The notes under the pieces: generated by a model | Database searches by the model: none | Told to the model about the DNA's origin: nothing | The model's input: the letters and a program-made list of their open reading frames with translations, nothing else | Shown: positions 13,701 through 26,522 of the stretch, piece by piece | Layout of the letters: each line of letters opens with the position of its first letter | Position numbering within the stretch: position 1 is the stretch's first letter | Position numbers and translations under genes: made by a program | NCBI GenBank assembly: GCA_973895155.1 | Contig: OZ316893.1 | Coordinates: 15,778,645-15,842,644 of the forward strand | Direction of reading: 5' to 3' | DNA from: Marsupella aquatica | Taxonomy: Eukaryota > Plantae > Marchantiophyta | Length of the DNA: 64,000 bases

Positions 13701-15760
13701 GTCACCAAGAGAGTGACAAAGGCTTAGGCAATCCAATTTTGGTATGCAATTATGGACAAAGAATTGCGACGCAGAGTGAGAGATGCCACTCTACTTAGGG
13801 ATGCAGATCCCACATTGGCAATTGTTTTTACACTTTCTGAGCTCATTGAGCTCAATATGGTGAATGAGAAAGTGATGACTTTTGGATTTGCCAAGGAAGC
13901 ACCCAAGGCTGCATCTACACCCACATCATAGCCTATTGGATGTAAAAGCCAGAGGAAGAAGCCCATTGCACAAGAATCTATCAGTTAGAGACCTGTGCCT
14001 TCCTATGTTGGACAACAGTCAGGATGTTGGACCTATGGTGGGGATCATGCGCAACAATATTGCCTTGATCATAGATGGCCAAGAGGGGCCTTACCACTTG
14101 ATCAGCGGCAATGTGATCATTGTGGAGCTCATGGACACACCAAGGATAGGTGTTTCTCACTCCATCCTGAGTTACGGAGAGGAGGACGTATAGCGCACAC
14201 ATGATCAGGGAAGAGGAGGTAGAGGTGGTAATCATGGCCACATGCAGGGAGACAATGAGGTGACGTTGCTCCTAATGTGAACACAGATCCTAATTAAGGA
14301 CTCTAAGATTGTTCAATTGGAGCAACAACTAGTTGTTATGGCTAGTTCTCAGGTGAGACCTGCTTTTGGTGATGGGGCTTCTACATCTCATCGAGCTTCC
14401 ACATCCTATGGGGCTGATGGAGACCTTGCCACCATGGGATTCATGTGTGGCACTATGCATATTGATGCATCAACAACTTTGACACGTGGGGCAGCCAAAG
14501 CTCTTGAACCCCAAGGAGCGGTAGTGGAGCTAGATCCATAGAGGGGGGATGCACGTCGTTAGACAAAGCTTTCTCAGTCTTTTACATTGTCAGAGACAGT
14601 TCAGATTGCCTCTATGAACCCGATTTGGACAAACCCTGGTGTGGGTAGGTTGCCAGAATCACATGATATTGCAATAGGGATGACGAGTACCTTGTTGACG
14701 GCTACCACCATAGTGCACACCCCATTATTTTCAGTGACAAATATGCTGACATTGGGGGTTAGTCCAGCTGATGTGTTCAGATTGGCAGCCACATCATGCA
14801 AGGATACTCCAGTTTTGGCTTCTCATGTAGAGGCAGCATGTAGTTATCGAGTAGCAGAGTTGACACCACCTAATGCTACTAGTGAGACATGGCATGCAAC
14901 AGCAACAAAGTTGATGGATTTGCTAGCACGCCCTATATTTGAGAGGACTAGGTTTAAACCTAGCATTGTGTCATTGGATAATTGGAGTGGTATCTTCCAA
15001 CTAGTTAGGCCTACTGGAGCAGTATACCAGCTAGAGAGAGTATTACTTGATACTGGTGCCCACCCTTGATGTTGGGGTAAGTATGCAATACGAGGATTGG
15101 GATTGCATCTAGATGATCTGGAGAAGTGTCCCTTTCCAATTTAGACTTCATTGGGGGGACCTACACCCACACAACACATCATCAGACAACCACTTGACTT
15201 GTGGATTCTGGAGGGTCATGCAAAGGATAGCTCTCACATACAGGCACAAGCTATTTTGACTAAGGCAGAGTCTTATGATGTGTTGGTGGGATGTATATAT
15301 AGTGCTTTACCCCATGGGATCCATCCTTGATTTTTGGGATGAATCAATTTCCTATCGACCTGCTTGGCAGTCTGGAGATGCTAGATTGAGCAGATTGCTA
15401 GTGCAATTTAGTGGACCTGTGGGGGGCCCTAAACCTGCACCATTGCCTTTGGTAACATTTAGTAGTGTGGTCACTAATCTTGATGATTTGATTGAGGGTA
15501 ACGCACATGCAACAGATATTCTACCAGCGGAGGAGTCACATGAGAAGCAGGTCATGCATGGGTTACCTGTTGGTAGTGTTGTGCCACCAGTGTGAGGCAC
15601 TAGACAGGCCTTGCCACAGACAACGGCACAATTGGTACATGATGCGTGGAGTCATGCTTTTACACCACAGCTAGGAGCAGAGCAGTCTCCTATAGGTGGG
15701 CCGGTGACTCTTTCTTCATTGGATACCAGTCCCATTGCATGGCAGTATCCACCAAAGGGT

Positions 15761-16925
15761 ATTTGTTTGTTGGATTTATTTGGTGGGATTAGCACTGGAT
15801 TGGCTACTATTCTTCAGGCATAAATTCCAGTGTGTTGTTACTTGTATGTGGAGACAACGACAACACGGAGAGTCTCATTGCGCCATGTGGCTATGTTGGT
15901 GGATCGTTATCCACACTTATTGCCTGTGGATGTTGTTCGTGGCTATCAACATGCACTGCCTACTGATATTTTATTGCTGGGGTGGATCATTTGGATCGCG
16001 TTGGCCCTATTGATTTGGTGATTGCTGGTTGGCCATGTCAGGGCAAATCTAGAGCTACAGTTGGACATGGACTCCATGATCCACGCACGATCTACATTGT
16101 TTTGGGAGATGTTACGGGTGTTGCGTCATCTCCAGTTGCATCAGACACAGTCTCTAGCCTACATTTGGAGAATGTGCCACTCTTGGGTGACCATCGTCAG
16201 CAGATTGTTGCCAGTGTTCATCAGGTGAGGTCTTGGATTGGACCTATTGAGTTATTGGATGCTGCACGTGTGGGTTCTTGTGCACATTGTCCACGTTTGT
16301 GGTGGACTAATTTGTTACCAGGCAAGGTGTTGAAGCAAGCATTTGACAACATTCCTTGCTCGCCCGCCTTGGTAGTGGATGATATTTTGGATCTAGGGTG
16401 TCGTTCACAGGGTGTCGTTCATAGGGTGTCGTTCACAGGGTGTGACCCAGCCTGACAAATCTCCATTGGCCATAGTCAATGTGGTTGGGCGCCCACGTTG
16501 TGCATTACCCACTTTTATGAGTCATTCTGCTTCATATGCTTTCAACGCATGTGGTCCCGAACTTGTGTGGGATACAGCTCTACGACAATTAGTAGAGCCC
16601 ACTGTTGATGAGAGAGAGCGGGCCATGGGATTCTCCACAGGTACAACTGTTGTTGCATCTATGTCAGAGAGTTCATGCCCCCTGGGCCCTCACTCCGTGT
16701 AAAAGAAGTGGACCCCCCTACGATCGGACCCTTTTCCTGTTTACCCCTTGTTATTTCCATTTTACTATTAAAAGTTCCCTTATTACCGGTAATAATTATA
16801 ATTATTAGTTCAAAATGAATAAAAATTACCCTTCGAGCGTTTGCACGTCCTCCACGTATTAGTTAAGACTGAGGGCCCAGGGTTCACGCCGCCAAGTCCT
16901 TGGCCAAGCCATGGATTTGAATTGT
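15761..16925 (+). pseudogene. C5-cytosine DNA methyltransferase domain, DNMT3-like, inside the Gypsy pol
   Basis: Motif I LLDLFGGISTG; GPIDLVIAGWPCQG with catalytic PC (16021-16044); motif VI LENVP; motif VIII AH(C/R)PRLWWTNL; motif IX ERERAMGF; motif X RQVLGQAMD. Motif order is non-permuted, as in DNMT3. Interrupted by the MITE at 16680-16882. Confidence 0.9.
16680..16882. mobile_element. 203-bp hAT-type MITE
   Basis: TIR ccctgggccctca/tgagggcccaggg; 8-bp TSD ttcatgcc (16672-16679) and ttcacgcc (16883-16890); near-identical copy at 60608-60810. Confidence 0.92.
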
Positions 16926-19850
16926 CTGACTTGGATTGTCAGCTTGGGAGTAATAGAGCAGTTCCAGATGCGCTCTGTTGGTGTTACAGATCGTCCATTG
17001 GTGAGCTTGTGTCCTACTGAGATAGTAGTGGCCACAATTAGGGGCGTGCAAACAGTCCATGGACCTATGGCATGATTGGCCAAGGCTCGACAGATTGTTG
17101 AACAAGATGGGACTGCTCAAACTATTGCTAAATAGCAATCATCGGCTATCTCTTCTACCCTACAAAACGATATTAGGGATTTGGTGGAGAGTTGGGAGCC
17201 ATAGATTGGTCCTAAGTTGACAAGGGAGGAGAGACGTTGCATGCATCAATTCTTGAAGAGTTACTGGAATTGTTTTGCATTCAACATGAAGGATTTGGGG
17301 ACATTGAAGGGCCCTAGTATTCAGATTGAATTGGCTAGTGATGTGTCAATCTTTCGTAGACCATACCGTTACAGTGACATGGAGAGAGCTTTGATTTGGA
17401 GCATAACTCAGGATTTGTTGGAGGCTGGTTTGGTGAGATCTCATACGGGGAGTATGCATCCGCCACACTGATGCCAGCCAAGAAGGATGTGCATGGCAAT
17501 TACACGGATAGGCGCATGTGTGGTGATTACCGACCTATTAATTGTCAGACAAAATTTGATCGATATGCCATGCCTACACCTGAGGAGATCTTTGATGCTA
17601 TGGGGCATGCAAAGGTTTTTAGTTCATTGGATCTGAGGGCAGGGTACCATCAACTTCCAATTAGACATTTTGACAGGTCCAAAACAACATTCTGGAGAAT
17701 TGATTTGCATGGCAAGGATCGTTTGTATCAGTGGTTATTCTTACCATTTGGGTTGAAGAATGCACCAACTGAATTTCGGAGAGTCATGGATCGAATTCTT
17801 GCAGGTTTAGATTTTGTTAGATGTTACATTGATGATATTTGGGTCTATTCTTCCATTGCGGAAGAACATTAGCAGCACTTGCAGATTGTGTTGGAGAGAT
17901 TGAGAGAACATGGGTTAAAACTCCATCTTGGCAAGTGTAAGTTCTTCCAAGACCAGATTGAGTATTTGGGGCAGACTATCTACCCAGGGGGATTGGGTGT
18001 GCAACAGACTAAGGTGGAGGCCATTACACAGATTCCTCGTCCTACTGATATGAGTAGAGTTCATGCATTCTTGGGATTGGCGAGCTACTATAGGAGGTAC
18101 GTTAAATGATTTAGCTAGCTTGCTAAACTTTTAACCATACTCACTAAGTTGGATTAAAAGTGGATTTCGGGTGATGACCAGGAGCATGCCTTTCAGGAGT
18201 TGAAAGAAAGATTGGCATCATCCCCTATTTTGAGAAGACCCATTTCAGGGAGACCATTTCAGCTACACATTGATTGGAGTGAAGTAGGACTTGGAGTAGT
18301 GCTGACCCAAAAGGACCTGATGAGGGGAATGAGTTTGTTGTGGCATATGCTAATAGATCAAGCAATTCAGCAGAAGCTAAGTATAGCTCAAGTTATGAGG
18401 GAGAGTGTTTGGCAGCAGTGTGGGCTGTTGCACACTTTTGTTGCTACTTGTTTGGTAACCCCTTCACCTTGATCACTGATCATCAGCCTCTCAAGTGGTT
18501 AATGAAGTCTGAAAGCTTACATGGAAGCTTGCACAATGGGCATTGTTGTTATAGGAGTAAAATTTCTAGGTTGTGCATAGGCCTGGAAAAGTGAACTTGG
18601 ATGTAGATGGATTGAGCCGCAATCCATGTACTAGTCAAGAGGATGAGACTGGAGCCAGATGGCATGATGAGTTAGATAAGGAGATGATGCCAGGATGGCA
18701 TGGATCTGCCTTCCTTTGTTGGGTTCCATCATGCAATGGATCTGTGGACTCTACTTCATTGGACGAAGTAGATGATGAGTCTACATATATGGATGTTGGT
18801 GAGGTTGTAGTTGGATAGCAGGATATTCACAATGATGAGAGAGTGTTGGAATACCTGCGCACTAGTTCTATTGGTGGCAATGTTGATGCCAAGGAGCGTG
18901 ACAGGGTTCCGCAAAGAGCCAAGAGGTTTTGATGGGAAAGAAACCATCTTTTGAGAGTACTACGTGATGGCAAGGTATTGGTGGTACCAAAACCATCACA
19001 ATGAGTACATTTGGTGCAACATGTGCACGAGGAGCTGGGTCACTTTGGTGTAAAACGCACTTAATATAGCTTGCTACAGACACAATATTGGTGACGTGGT
19101 ATGCACACTCATGTCCAACAACTGATAGCTAAGTGTGTGGTATGTGATTGAGTGAGGCCATCATTTAATGCTCCCACTCGCCAGTTGCATCCATGCTGAT
19201 CATGGGTTTGGGGTACAGATGGAGTTTGGACTTTGTTGGTCCATTGCCTCTCACCCAATGACATAACCGTTTTGTTTTGGTTGTGGTGGAGCATTTCTCC
19301 AAGTGGATTGAGCTAGTGGCGTTGCCAGATAAAGCTAGTGGAGGAGTTGCTGCTACATTTTTGGATCCTGTACTTAGTCATTTTGGAGCACCAGCTGAGG
19401 TGTTAACTAATTAGGGGACTGATTTTTGTGGAGAGTTTGAGAGTTTGTGTGAGCAAGCTTTGATTGATCATTGTACTACTTCTTGTGATCATCCTGAGGC
19501 AGATGGATTGGCTGAAAGAGTAGTGCAAACTGTGAAGAGAGGATTGCGCAAGTATGGCTTGCAAGTTGGTCATCTGGGAGATTGGGATCTCCAGTTACAT
19601 TGGTTAGCTATGGGGTACAGTTTCAGTTGACAAACATCACTTGCATCCTCTCACCTTAGTTTTTGCTCTATGGTATAGAGCCAGATTTACCAACAGCTTT
19701 TCGTCATGATACTTCATCAGTTGTGAACTTGGATAATCCTGATATTTGGGTCAAGATTTGTTCAGAGAGGGAAAAGATTTTTGAGAGAGTCATGCCCATG
19801 GCCTTTGACAACCTTGCCATTGCCCAACATCGTGATACTTTACCGTATGC

Positions 19851-22800
19851 TGTAGTTTGCTATGAAGAACCAAAATCACACTTAAAGGTCTTCAAACTTG
19901 GTATTCGTTCCCATAAAGAACAAGATGGGGTTGGTTTGATAGATTTAAACAACAATAATAGACTTAAAATGTTTTCCACACATAGTAATCAAGCTTGATT
20001 ACTTTACTAAGGTATTTTGAAGATCGCTCCACAGCGGTGAGTAGTTTTTAATGGTAACTCAGCATTATATAACCATAAATTAATGAAAAGGGAATGATTA
20101 ACAAAACACAAGGGAAAATATCTTAAAGTATGCTAAGGGAGTCTGTAATTGACCAAGGTTGCTCCTTAGACATAAGTCAAAAGGAAAAAACTTAAGGATT
20201 CAAATCCATATTATTTTTCAGATCTAAAATGCTTACTAGAGTACTCTTTTAAAGTGCCGTTAACACGTCTTGTCTTTTCTTTCTAAGTGGTACTCAGACA
20301 AGATCTAAAAGGTAGTTACTTCAACATTTAGATGGTACTAAGCAACATGAAAGAAAATCCATCAATTCCAATAAGGCTTAAACTCAATGAGTTAACTTTA
20401 AGAACTCAAGAGATTGCAATGAGTCACCAACAAGGAATCTGTCATTACGACTCAAAAGATTTGCACAAAAGGAATTTTACTTCTTGTGTTATTAATCAGA
20501 GATAGAAACACAAGAAGGAGGTAAGTCTTTCCAAATGTTAAACCTGATCTCGAACTCATAGATTCATGATCAATTAGTTTAACACAAGGAAAAGGCAAAA
20601 ATGCATAACTTAACCATAAACTACACTAGTGGTGGAGGAGTCTTATAGTAAAAATCTACAGAGTAAGAGATCATAAGGTCGAAGAGACATGCCTCTTCAT
20701 ACCCCTCAAAAAGCTAAAATGGCGATTCAGTAAGTGAAAAGCCGGAAAAACTGGTAAGCGTAAACTAGTAAACTCGTAAACTAGTAAACTCGTAATCGCT
20801 TGTCTATCGGAACTCGTAATTAGTAAACTAGTAACTCGTAAACTAGTAAAAACGTAATGCGGTATACTTGAAGACTTAGCAAATTCAACTATTTTTAACT
20901 TCCTAACTATAAGTCATAAAACTCTGAGATTTTGCCAGCAGACTTTCCTAGGTACAGACTATATACTAAAGAAGTATGATAGCTTTTAAAGCTCTAGAAC
21001 ACATTTATAAAAATCAGATAAGATGCACTACTCCTAAACTAACTAGAAACACTTAGACTCTGCTTCAAGCTTGTTGTCGGATATCATCTGGTTTGAGAAG
21101 CTCCACAAGGGTAACAGTCCGATTCTGGGTAACTTCGATCAGCTCAGCCTGGCGTGGGGATCCTCGAGAGTAGGGTAGGCATCTCAGTTGTCTTTCAGGA
21201 TACATCAGGGCCATTCTCTTCCTTAGATAACATATGTATATTTGAAGAGCTTCTCGATACATCCCAATCACATCATAGTTATATCAAGTAGCAGCATATA
21301 CTTGGGGATAATGGTATAGGAATTCATCAGAGTTCAGCATCCTAGAATAGAAAGGTCGAAGCCTCCATTTGACATCTCTGAAGTACCGGTTGAAGTTGGT
21401 CAGAGTTTGAGAGGTGACATTGTTCCAGATCCTCTATTTCTCAGCAAATGAGCTGGTTGAAACAAGTGTAACCTTGGGCTCTCGAGGAATGTAGTCGTGT
21501 TGCAGAGTAGTAGGCTTCTTGCTCTACATGAGAAAAGAAACCACAAAATCCAGGGCATAGGCTGCAAAATTCCCAGAATATGCCATAACTAAATCTGAGT
21601 CCTCTACCTCTACATCACCTTGGAGTAGCATCACAACCAGAATAGGCCGGAAGTAGAGAGAGTCAGTCCAGAACTCATCAAATTGTGCCATCTCCACTCT
21701 GGAAGCTCCAAAACACCTGAGGTCGAAGATATAATTGGCCTCCATTTTCTTGATATAGTAATACCTCCCAAACTCCCCAACCGGTGGTCTATTGGCCTGG
21801 ATTATTTTACAGATCTCTACATACCTGTGCACTTGGGACTCTGGATGTCTCGGGTATCTGCTCTCGATGGTGGCATTACGGGGTGTCTGAGTAGATGAAG
21901 TGACAACTGCTACTAAGTTTGGATTGGATCTTAAGGCAGTATCAACATCTTCAAACCCTTGCCTGGGTGACGACTCTAAGGAGTTGTCATAAGATCGAAT
22001 GGAATCAAAATTGGAGGGTGGATCAGAATCTTCAAGTAGATCCTCTCTGACGTAAGGGTGCTCATACTGTGACCGATTGTAGGGTGGTCCTTCTGTGGGT
22101 TCGTAGTTGGAATCAGGACTGTAAGGGTGGGAACTCGGACTAAGAGAAGGTTTATCAGTTGGACATTGCTGTATCAAGTTGCTGAGCACAGATGTTATCT
22201 GTCGAGGTTCACACTGAAGCATTTCTAGCAAGTCATCCACAATGGCTACACAGCTGGTACTCCCTGCTATTGGAACAGGTTCACTTGTTTCTAGGGGAGG
22301 AGGCTGTACAGTGGCATGAGTACAGATCATGAATTCCATTGGTGCTGGTTCTCCTGGAGGAGAGGTCATTCTGACAAGACTTAGCTGATCATGAAATGGT
22401 GACCTCAAACTAACAGCCTCCATTCTCAAATTACTAACAGCATCATATAGTCCATCATCACTGCAACTGAGGAGAGAGGTCAACTTATCAACAAGCTGCT
22501 GATTTGTCTCTGCTTTTGAAAGAGCAGCCGAGTTGGTCCTTAGGAAGTCAGCAGAAGCCGGTTCAGCAATGTCTTCTGGTTGCTCAAAGAAATCCTCGTC
22601 CTCCTCAGCTCCAGGGTATTCTCCCATGCGGGTTTCTCTTGTCTGAGTACAGCGGGTTATTCAAAGGATGTTGGATGAGCTCCAAGTTGTGCTCAGGTGG
22701 AACTTCAAGACCACCCATAGATGCATCTTCTATATCCATATCCACATCCTCATTATTGCAGTTCAGGGGAATGGCATCCACTGGTTCTTCCACATCAATT

Positions 22801-23908
22801 TCTTCCTCAATGCTCAACTCGATCAGAAGTAACCCTCTTTCTGTTCTCTCCTCTGGGTGTAGACAGTCATGAGCCTGATAGAGTTGAGATAAATAAACTT
22901 GCAGATGAGTGGGTCTGCTCGGCTTCATACTTCTCACCTGATCCTTCATTACATTAAAAATCAACAATGCCCAGTTCACTTGGATGGCTCCACTATGAGC
23001 AGCTACAATAGTATTCACCAAAGCCATAGGGCAGATGGTTGGCTTTTTCGGATGAAGAATTGGTGCTAAAAATTCTAGAAGAACTCTCAGATCCGGATAA
23101 GTACATTGTGTCAAATTCCAGCCATTAGTAAGATTGCGAATTCCTGAGAAGTAGGGAGTAGACAAATCCTTCTTCTTTGAATACAATCCTTCTCCTTCTG
23201 AGGGGCAGTGGAAGGCATAGGCAATTTGCTCCACAGTCCATAAACTTGGTCGAGCTCTAAGGGTTTGTTGGAATTCAGGAGCAATCAGCGACCCTTTCAC
23301 AAAATCCTGTAAATATGAGTCGAGCTCTACATTCCAAGGAATTACGAGTAGATGCTCTAGTCCCAGCTGCTGTAATGATGTTCTTAAATTTGCACAACTG
23401 TTGGGCGATTGAGGAATTCGAGTTACTACACTCTTAGGAATTGCCAAAGCGTCGATGCGGTACTGCTCATCAGTGCCCAGGTCAGCCATAGCTCTAATCT
23501 GTTTTGCCGAGTGCACGAAGAAGTGGGGAGCTCAAAAGGGATGATGAAGGAGGCAGGGAAGAAATCAGGAGTGAGCGCCTGAGTCCTACATTGCCTTCCC
23601 TTCAATGCACGCTCTTCTTCCGTTATGGAGTTTCGTTGAACTAGCTGTAAGATGTCGCGATCACATGGTCGCCAACTCGTAAGGCATAACTCATAAACTT
23701 GTAAGTCCTAACTCGTAAACCCGTAAACCAGTGAACTAGTAAACTAGTAAACTAGTAAACTGAGTTTAGTTGTAACTTAGGAACTTAGTAACTTAGTAAC
23801 TTCGAATGCTGTTTACAGTTGCAGGTAGCAACAATTCTAGTCTAAACACCATAAAAAATTTAAAAAAATTCAGTTTCTTCATGCTTTTGGAATTACCCAC
23901 TACTTACA
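19851..23908. mobile_element. 4.06-kb TG...CA insertion (giant solo LTR or related element) carrying an ORF
   Basis: Ends tgtag...ttaca; perfect 5-bp TSD tatgc (19846-19850, 23909-23913); the host integrase frame resumes after it; no internal LTR pair. Confidence 0.85.
21065..23516 (-). pseudogene. Accessory-protein ORF apparently related to the ORF at 611-2347
   Basis: 22605-23516 joins 21524-22627 by a frameshift and continues in frame through stops to 21065. Motifs GLEHLLVIPW, IAYAFHCP, NGWNLTQCTYPDLRVLLEFL. Confidence 0.65.
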
Positions 23909-24002
23909 TATGCCATGATTCGTGGAGGAGGTTATTGTGCGAGGATTTGACAATTTCATCCTAGTGATTATGTTTATTTGCAGCAAACAACACCAACGAC
24001 AC

Positions 24003-24334
24003 TGTTAAAGATTGCTCTTAGTCTTATGACTCAAAGGTTATGGCACTTAGGCTAACCACAGTTAGGGTCTTAGCTGAGGTTAGGTTAGTCGTGTGTGACC
24101 TTGTATATACCAAGGCTAGTGTAAGCCGTTGGTGTGTGGTGCTTACTCATTGTAACATAGCAACTTGAGGAAGAGGGAGAGCATGTGTGTTCGTCTACTC
24201 TTGAAGTAAAGCTTGAGTGTTCGTGTGGACGTAGCCTTGGAGAAGAGGTAAACCACGTAGAGATTGCATTGACTACGTGTGCATGAAATGAGTAATGATT
24301 GGATCGTCATGAAGAAAGATGTCATAGTTCAACA
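24003..24334. mobile_element. 332-bp solo LTR
   Basis: Ends tgttaaag...ttcaaca; perfect TSD gacac (23998-24002, 24335-24339). The empty site caccaacgacacttgatg is seen in the second family copy near 55160 (-). Confidence 0.9.
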
Positions 24335-24524
24335 GACACTTGATGTCACCGCAGGTCAGACCATTTTATGTGTGCGTGAAGTGCTACCTTCTGGTGTCCT
24401 AATATTGGAGGGACGTGATGGTATGGTTTGGAAGGATCATGTGTGCAATTGTGCACCATGTCATCTTCCAAACATTCATGGTACAATGGATCCAAGCTTA
24501 GCACATGTTCGTGTTGGCTTGAAG

Positions 24525-24665
24525 TGTATGTTGTGTGGATCTGCTCAGTGAGCAACTACTATGTTGATTTGTGATAAGTGTTCTAGAGGATGACACATGT
24601 CATGTTTGACACCACCATTGTAGGTGATTCCTAGTGGATCTTGGTTGTGTCCTCAGTGTCGGTGA
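24525..24665 (+). pseudogene. PHD finger at the integrase C-terminus
   Basis: CMLC..MLICDKCSRG*HMSCLTPPL*VIPSGSWLCPQC is a C4-H-C3 PHD pattern; also present in copy 2 (~54800-54970, -). Confidence 0.88.
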
Positions 24666-24830
24666 AGCCGACTAATTATCATTTGTGTTCTCTTGGTAGA
24701 TATGGATTGCAGGTAGGTGATCGATGGGGCTCACTTGCACCCGACCTCCTGATCTTCACACGTAAAAAAGGTGTATATCGACCTTGTAGAATTTATGGCT
24801 AGCTAGAGTTAGGGGACCTTACTCCCAGCT

Positions 24831-24840
24831 AGGGGGGCGA
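24831..24840 (+). promoter_or_regulatory. Polypurine tract of the DNMT-PHD Gypsy element
   Basis: aggggggcga lies just before the LTR start tgtggg (24842); conserved in copy 2 (54635-54646, -). Confidence 0.75.
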
Positions 24841-24899
24841 TTGTGGGTTTTAGACATGTGTGGACAGAGTTCCATTTGTATTCCATTCTCTTGTGTTTG

Positions 24900-26377
24900 A
24901 GTCGCGGAACTCAACTACCTTAACACTTAGCTCCGGCGTCGTTGACTCCGACATCGAGCTCCCTTATGGTCCAGGCCTAGATAGGCCATTCGGGGAGGAC
25001 TTAGCATGGGGAGACTTGTGGGCAATGAGACATGACACTAGCGAGGCAAGGAGCCAAGCTGGGGACACACACTAAGGACTTGGGCTAGCTGATAGCTGGT
25101 CCGGTCAAGGGGAAATGGGCCGGGCTCAAGAATGGCCGTCCGGACCTCCGGATGGACTTTGAGTTCTAAGGGCTTGAGTGTGAGCTCCTCTTGGGCCCAA
25201 GGCCAATGGAGTTGACGCCATGGGCAATGGACGCTTGGTGCGCAAGTTATGGCCCGATCCGGGTTGGGCCGGTCGGGGGCCGCAAGCAGCGATGAGACCT
25301 GAGGGCCTAGGCATGAGCACTGGGTCGGCCTGATCACAATGGGCTAAGGCACTCCGCTCACGGATGCCTAACAAGAAAGTTATGGGCGTTGCCAGTTGGT
25401 GACGCGCCCATTATGCGCGATAGGATCCGGGTTGGGGGCCAAATGTTTAGGGACCAAAGCTGGTCCGGGGGTGGCAGGTCTCCATAAGCATATATGAGGG
25501 GAGTGGTGTTTCCCTAGGGGCCAAGGGCGAGCCGAAGTCGTGAGCCGCGATGGTTGCGACACTAAGGGAAACCGCCAAACGGAAACAACGATATCTTCCC
25601 AACAGGAAGTCCGTTGGAGGACTTCTTGGGTGCATTGGAAATCTCTTGCGCCCTCCTAAGCTCAGCTGGGTCTGCCTAGGGGTACCTTGGGTTCTCAGGG
25701 TTTGCGGGTGTTAACTCACCCGCTTGCCAAATCCTGCCGAACGGCAACCAAGCCGCGTTCAGTCTCCCAAGGGAGCTTGCGCTGGGGAGGCAAGGCCAAG
25801 TAGGTGTGGAGGTTGAGTCCCAAGAGTCTCCGGCCCCTAGACCATCAGTGGGGCAAACCGGGAGTTGGTTGCTAGAGTTGGGGCCATTCAAGTCACAGCG
25901 TGTTGGGACAAGCTTTAGGACAAGCTATGCTATTTGAGCCATGAGCATGTCTTGGGGTCAGGGCGGTCAGTTGGTGATGGATAGGTACGAGGGGGAACCC
26001 GGGCCGCGCCCAAGGAAGGAGCTGTTCTGGACAAACAGTGGGCGTGGGTTCAGGTTTTGGCTTATGGCATCGGGAGGACCTATCGCTGACCTATTTACCA
26101 ACGTCTGTTGAGCTTGAGTTAGGATGCTAGACTTGGCGAGTTCTTGATCCTAAGGGGTTACTTACCAAGGTGCTTGGTTGCTTGTGCAAATAGTGAGAAC
26201 TGTTGAGTAGCGGTCGTGTAGGTGAGCAAGTGCGGCTTTGTATGGGAGGGGCTGCTGGTGGTGCAAGGGGCACTAGGGTGCTTGCTCAAGGTATTCCATG
26301 GAGGCATTCGGGCACCAGGGGCACTTAGGCGTGAGTGTTGGGATTGGTGAGAGCGCTGGGTGGCGAGGTCCACCACT
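24900..26377 (+). repeat. Chromovirus 5' LTR
   Basis: 25689-26377 is nearly identical to 31752-32438; ends caccact, 2 nt before the PBS. Confidence 0.85.
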
Positions 26378-26379
26378 TG

Positions 26380-26391
26380 TGGTATCAGAGC
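26380..26391 (+). promoter_or_regulatory. Primer-binding site, tRNA-iMet
   Basis: tggtatcagagc, the canonical plant iMet PBS. Confidence 0.9.
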
Positions 26392-26522
26392 GATTGCTGG
26401 CATAGACACCGGGCCGGGGTTGGGCTAAGTCGGAATCCAAAAATCTTAACGGATTTTTGCGGGGACTTATTGCTTCGACGTGCCCGGCGGGTCGACTGCG
26501 GGCACATTCGATTGCTGGGAAC

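Larger units (their letters stand above)
13128..24665 (+). pseudogene. gag-pol polyprotein of the DNMT-PHD Gypsy element
   Basis: Zn knuckle CDHCGAHGHTKDRC (~14110); protease VLLDTGA (~15045); RT RRMCGDYRPIN, LDLRAGYHQ, LPFGLKNAP, YIDDIWVYS (17500-17870); RNase H FQLHIDWS (~18260); integrase HPEADGLAERVVQTVK (~19490). Many stops and frameshifts. Confidence 0.9.
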
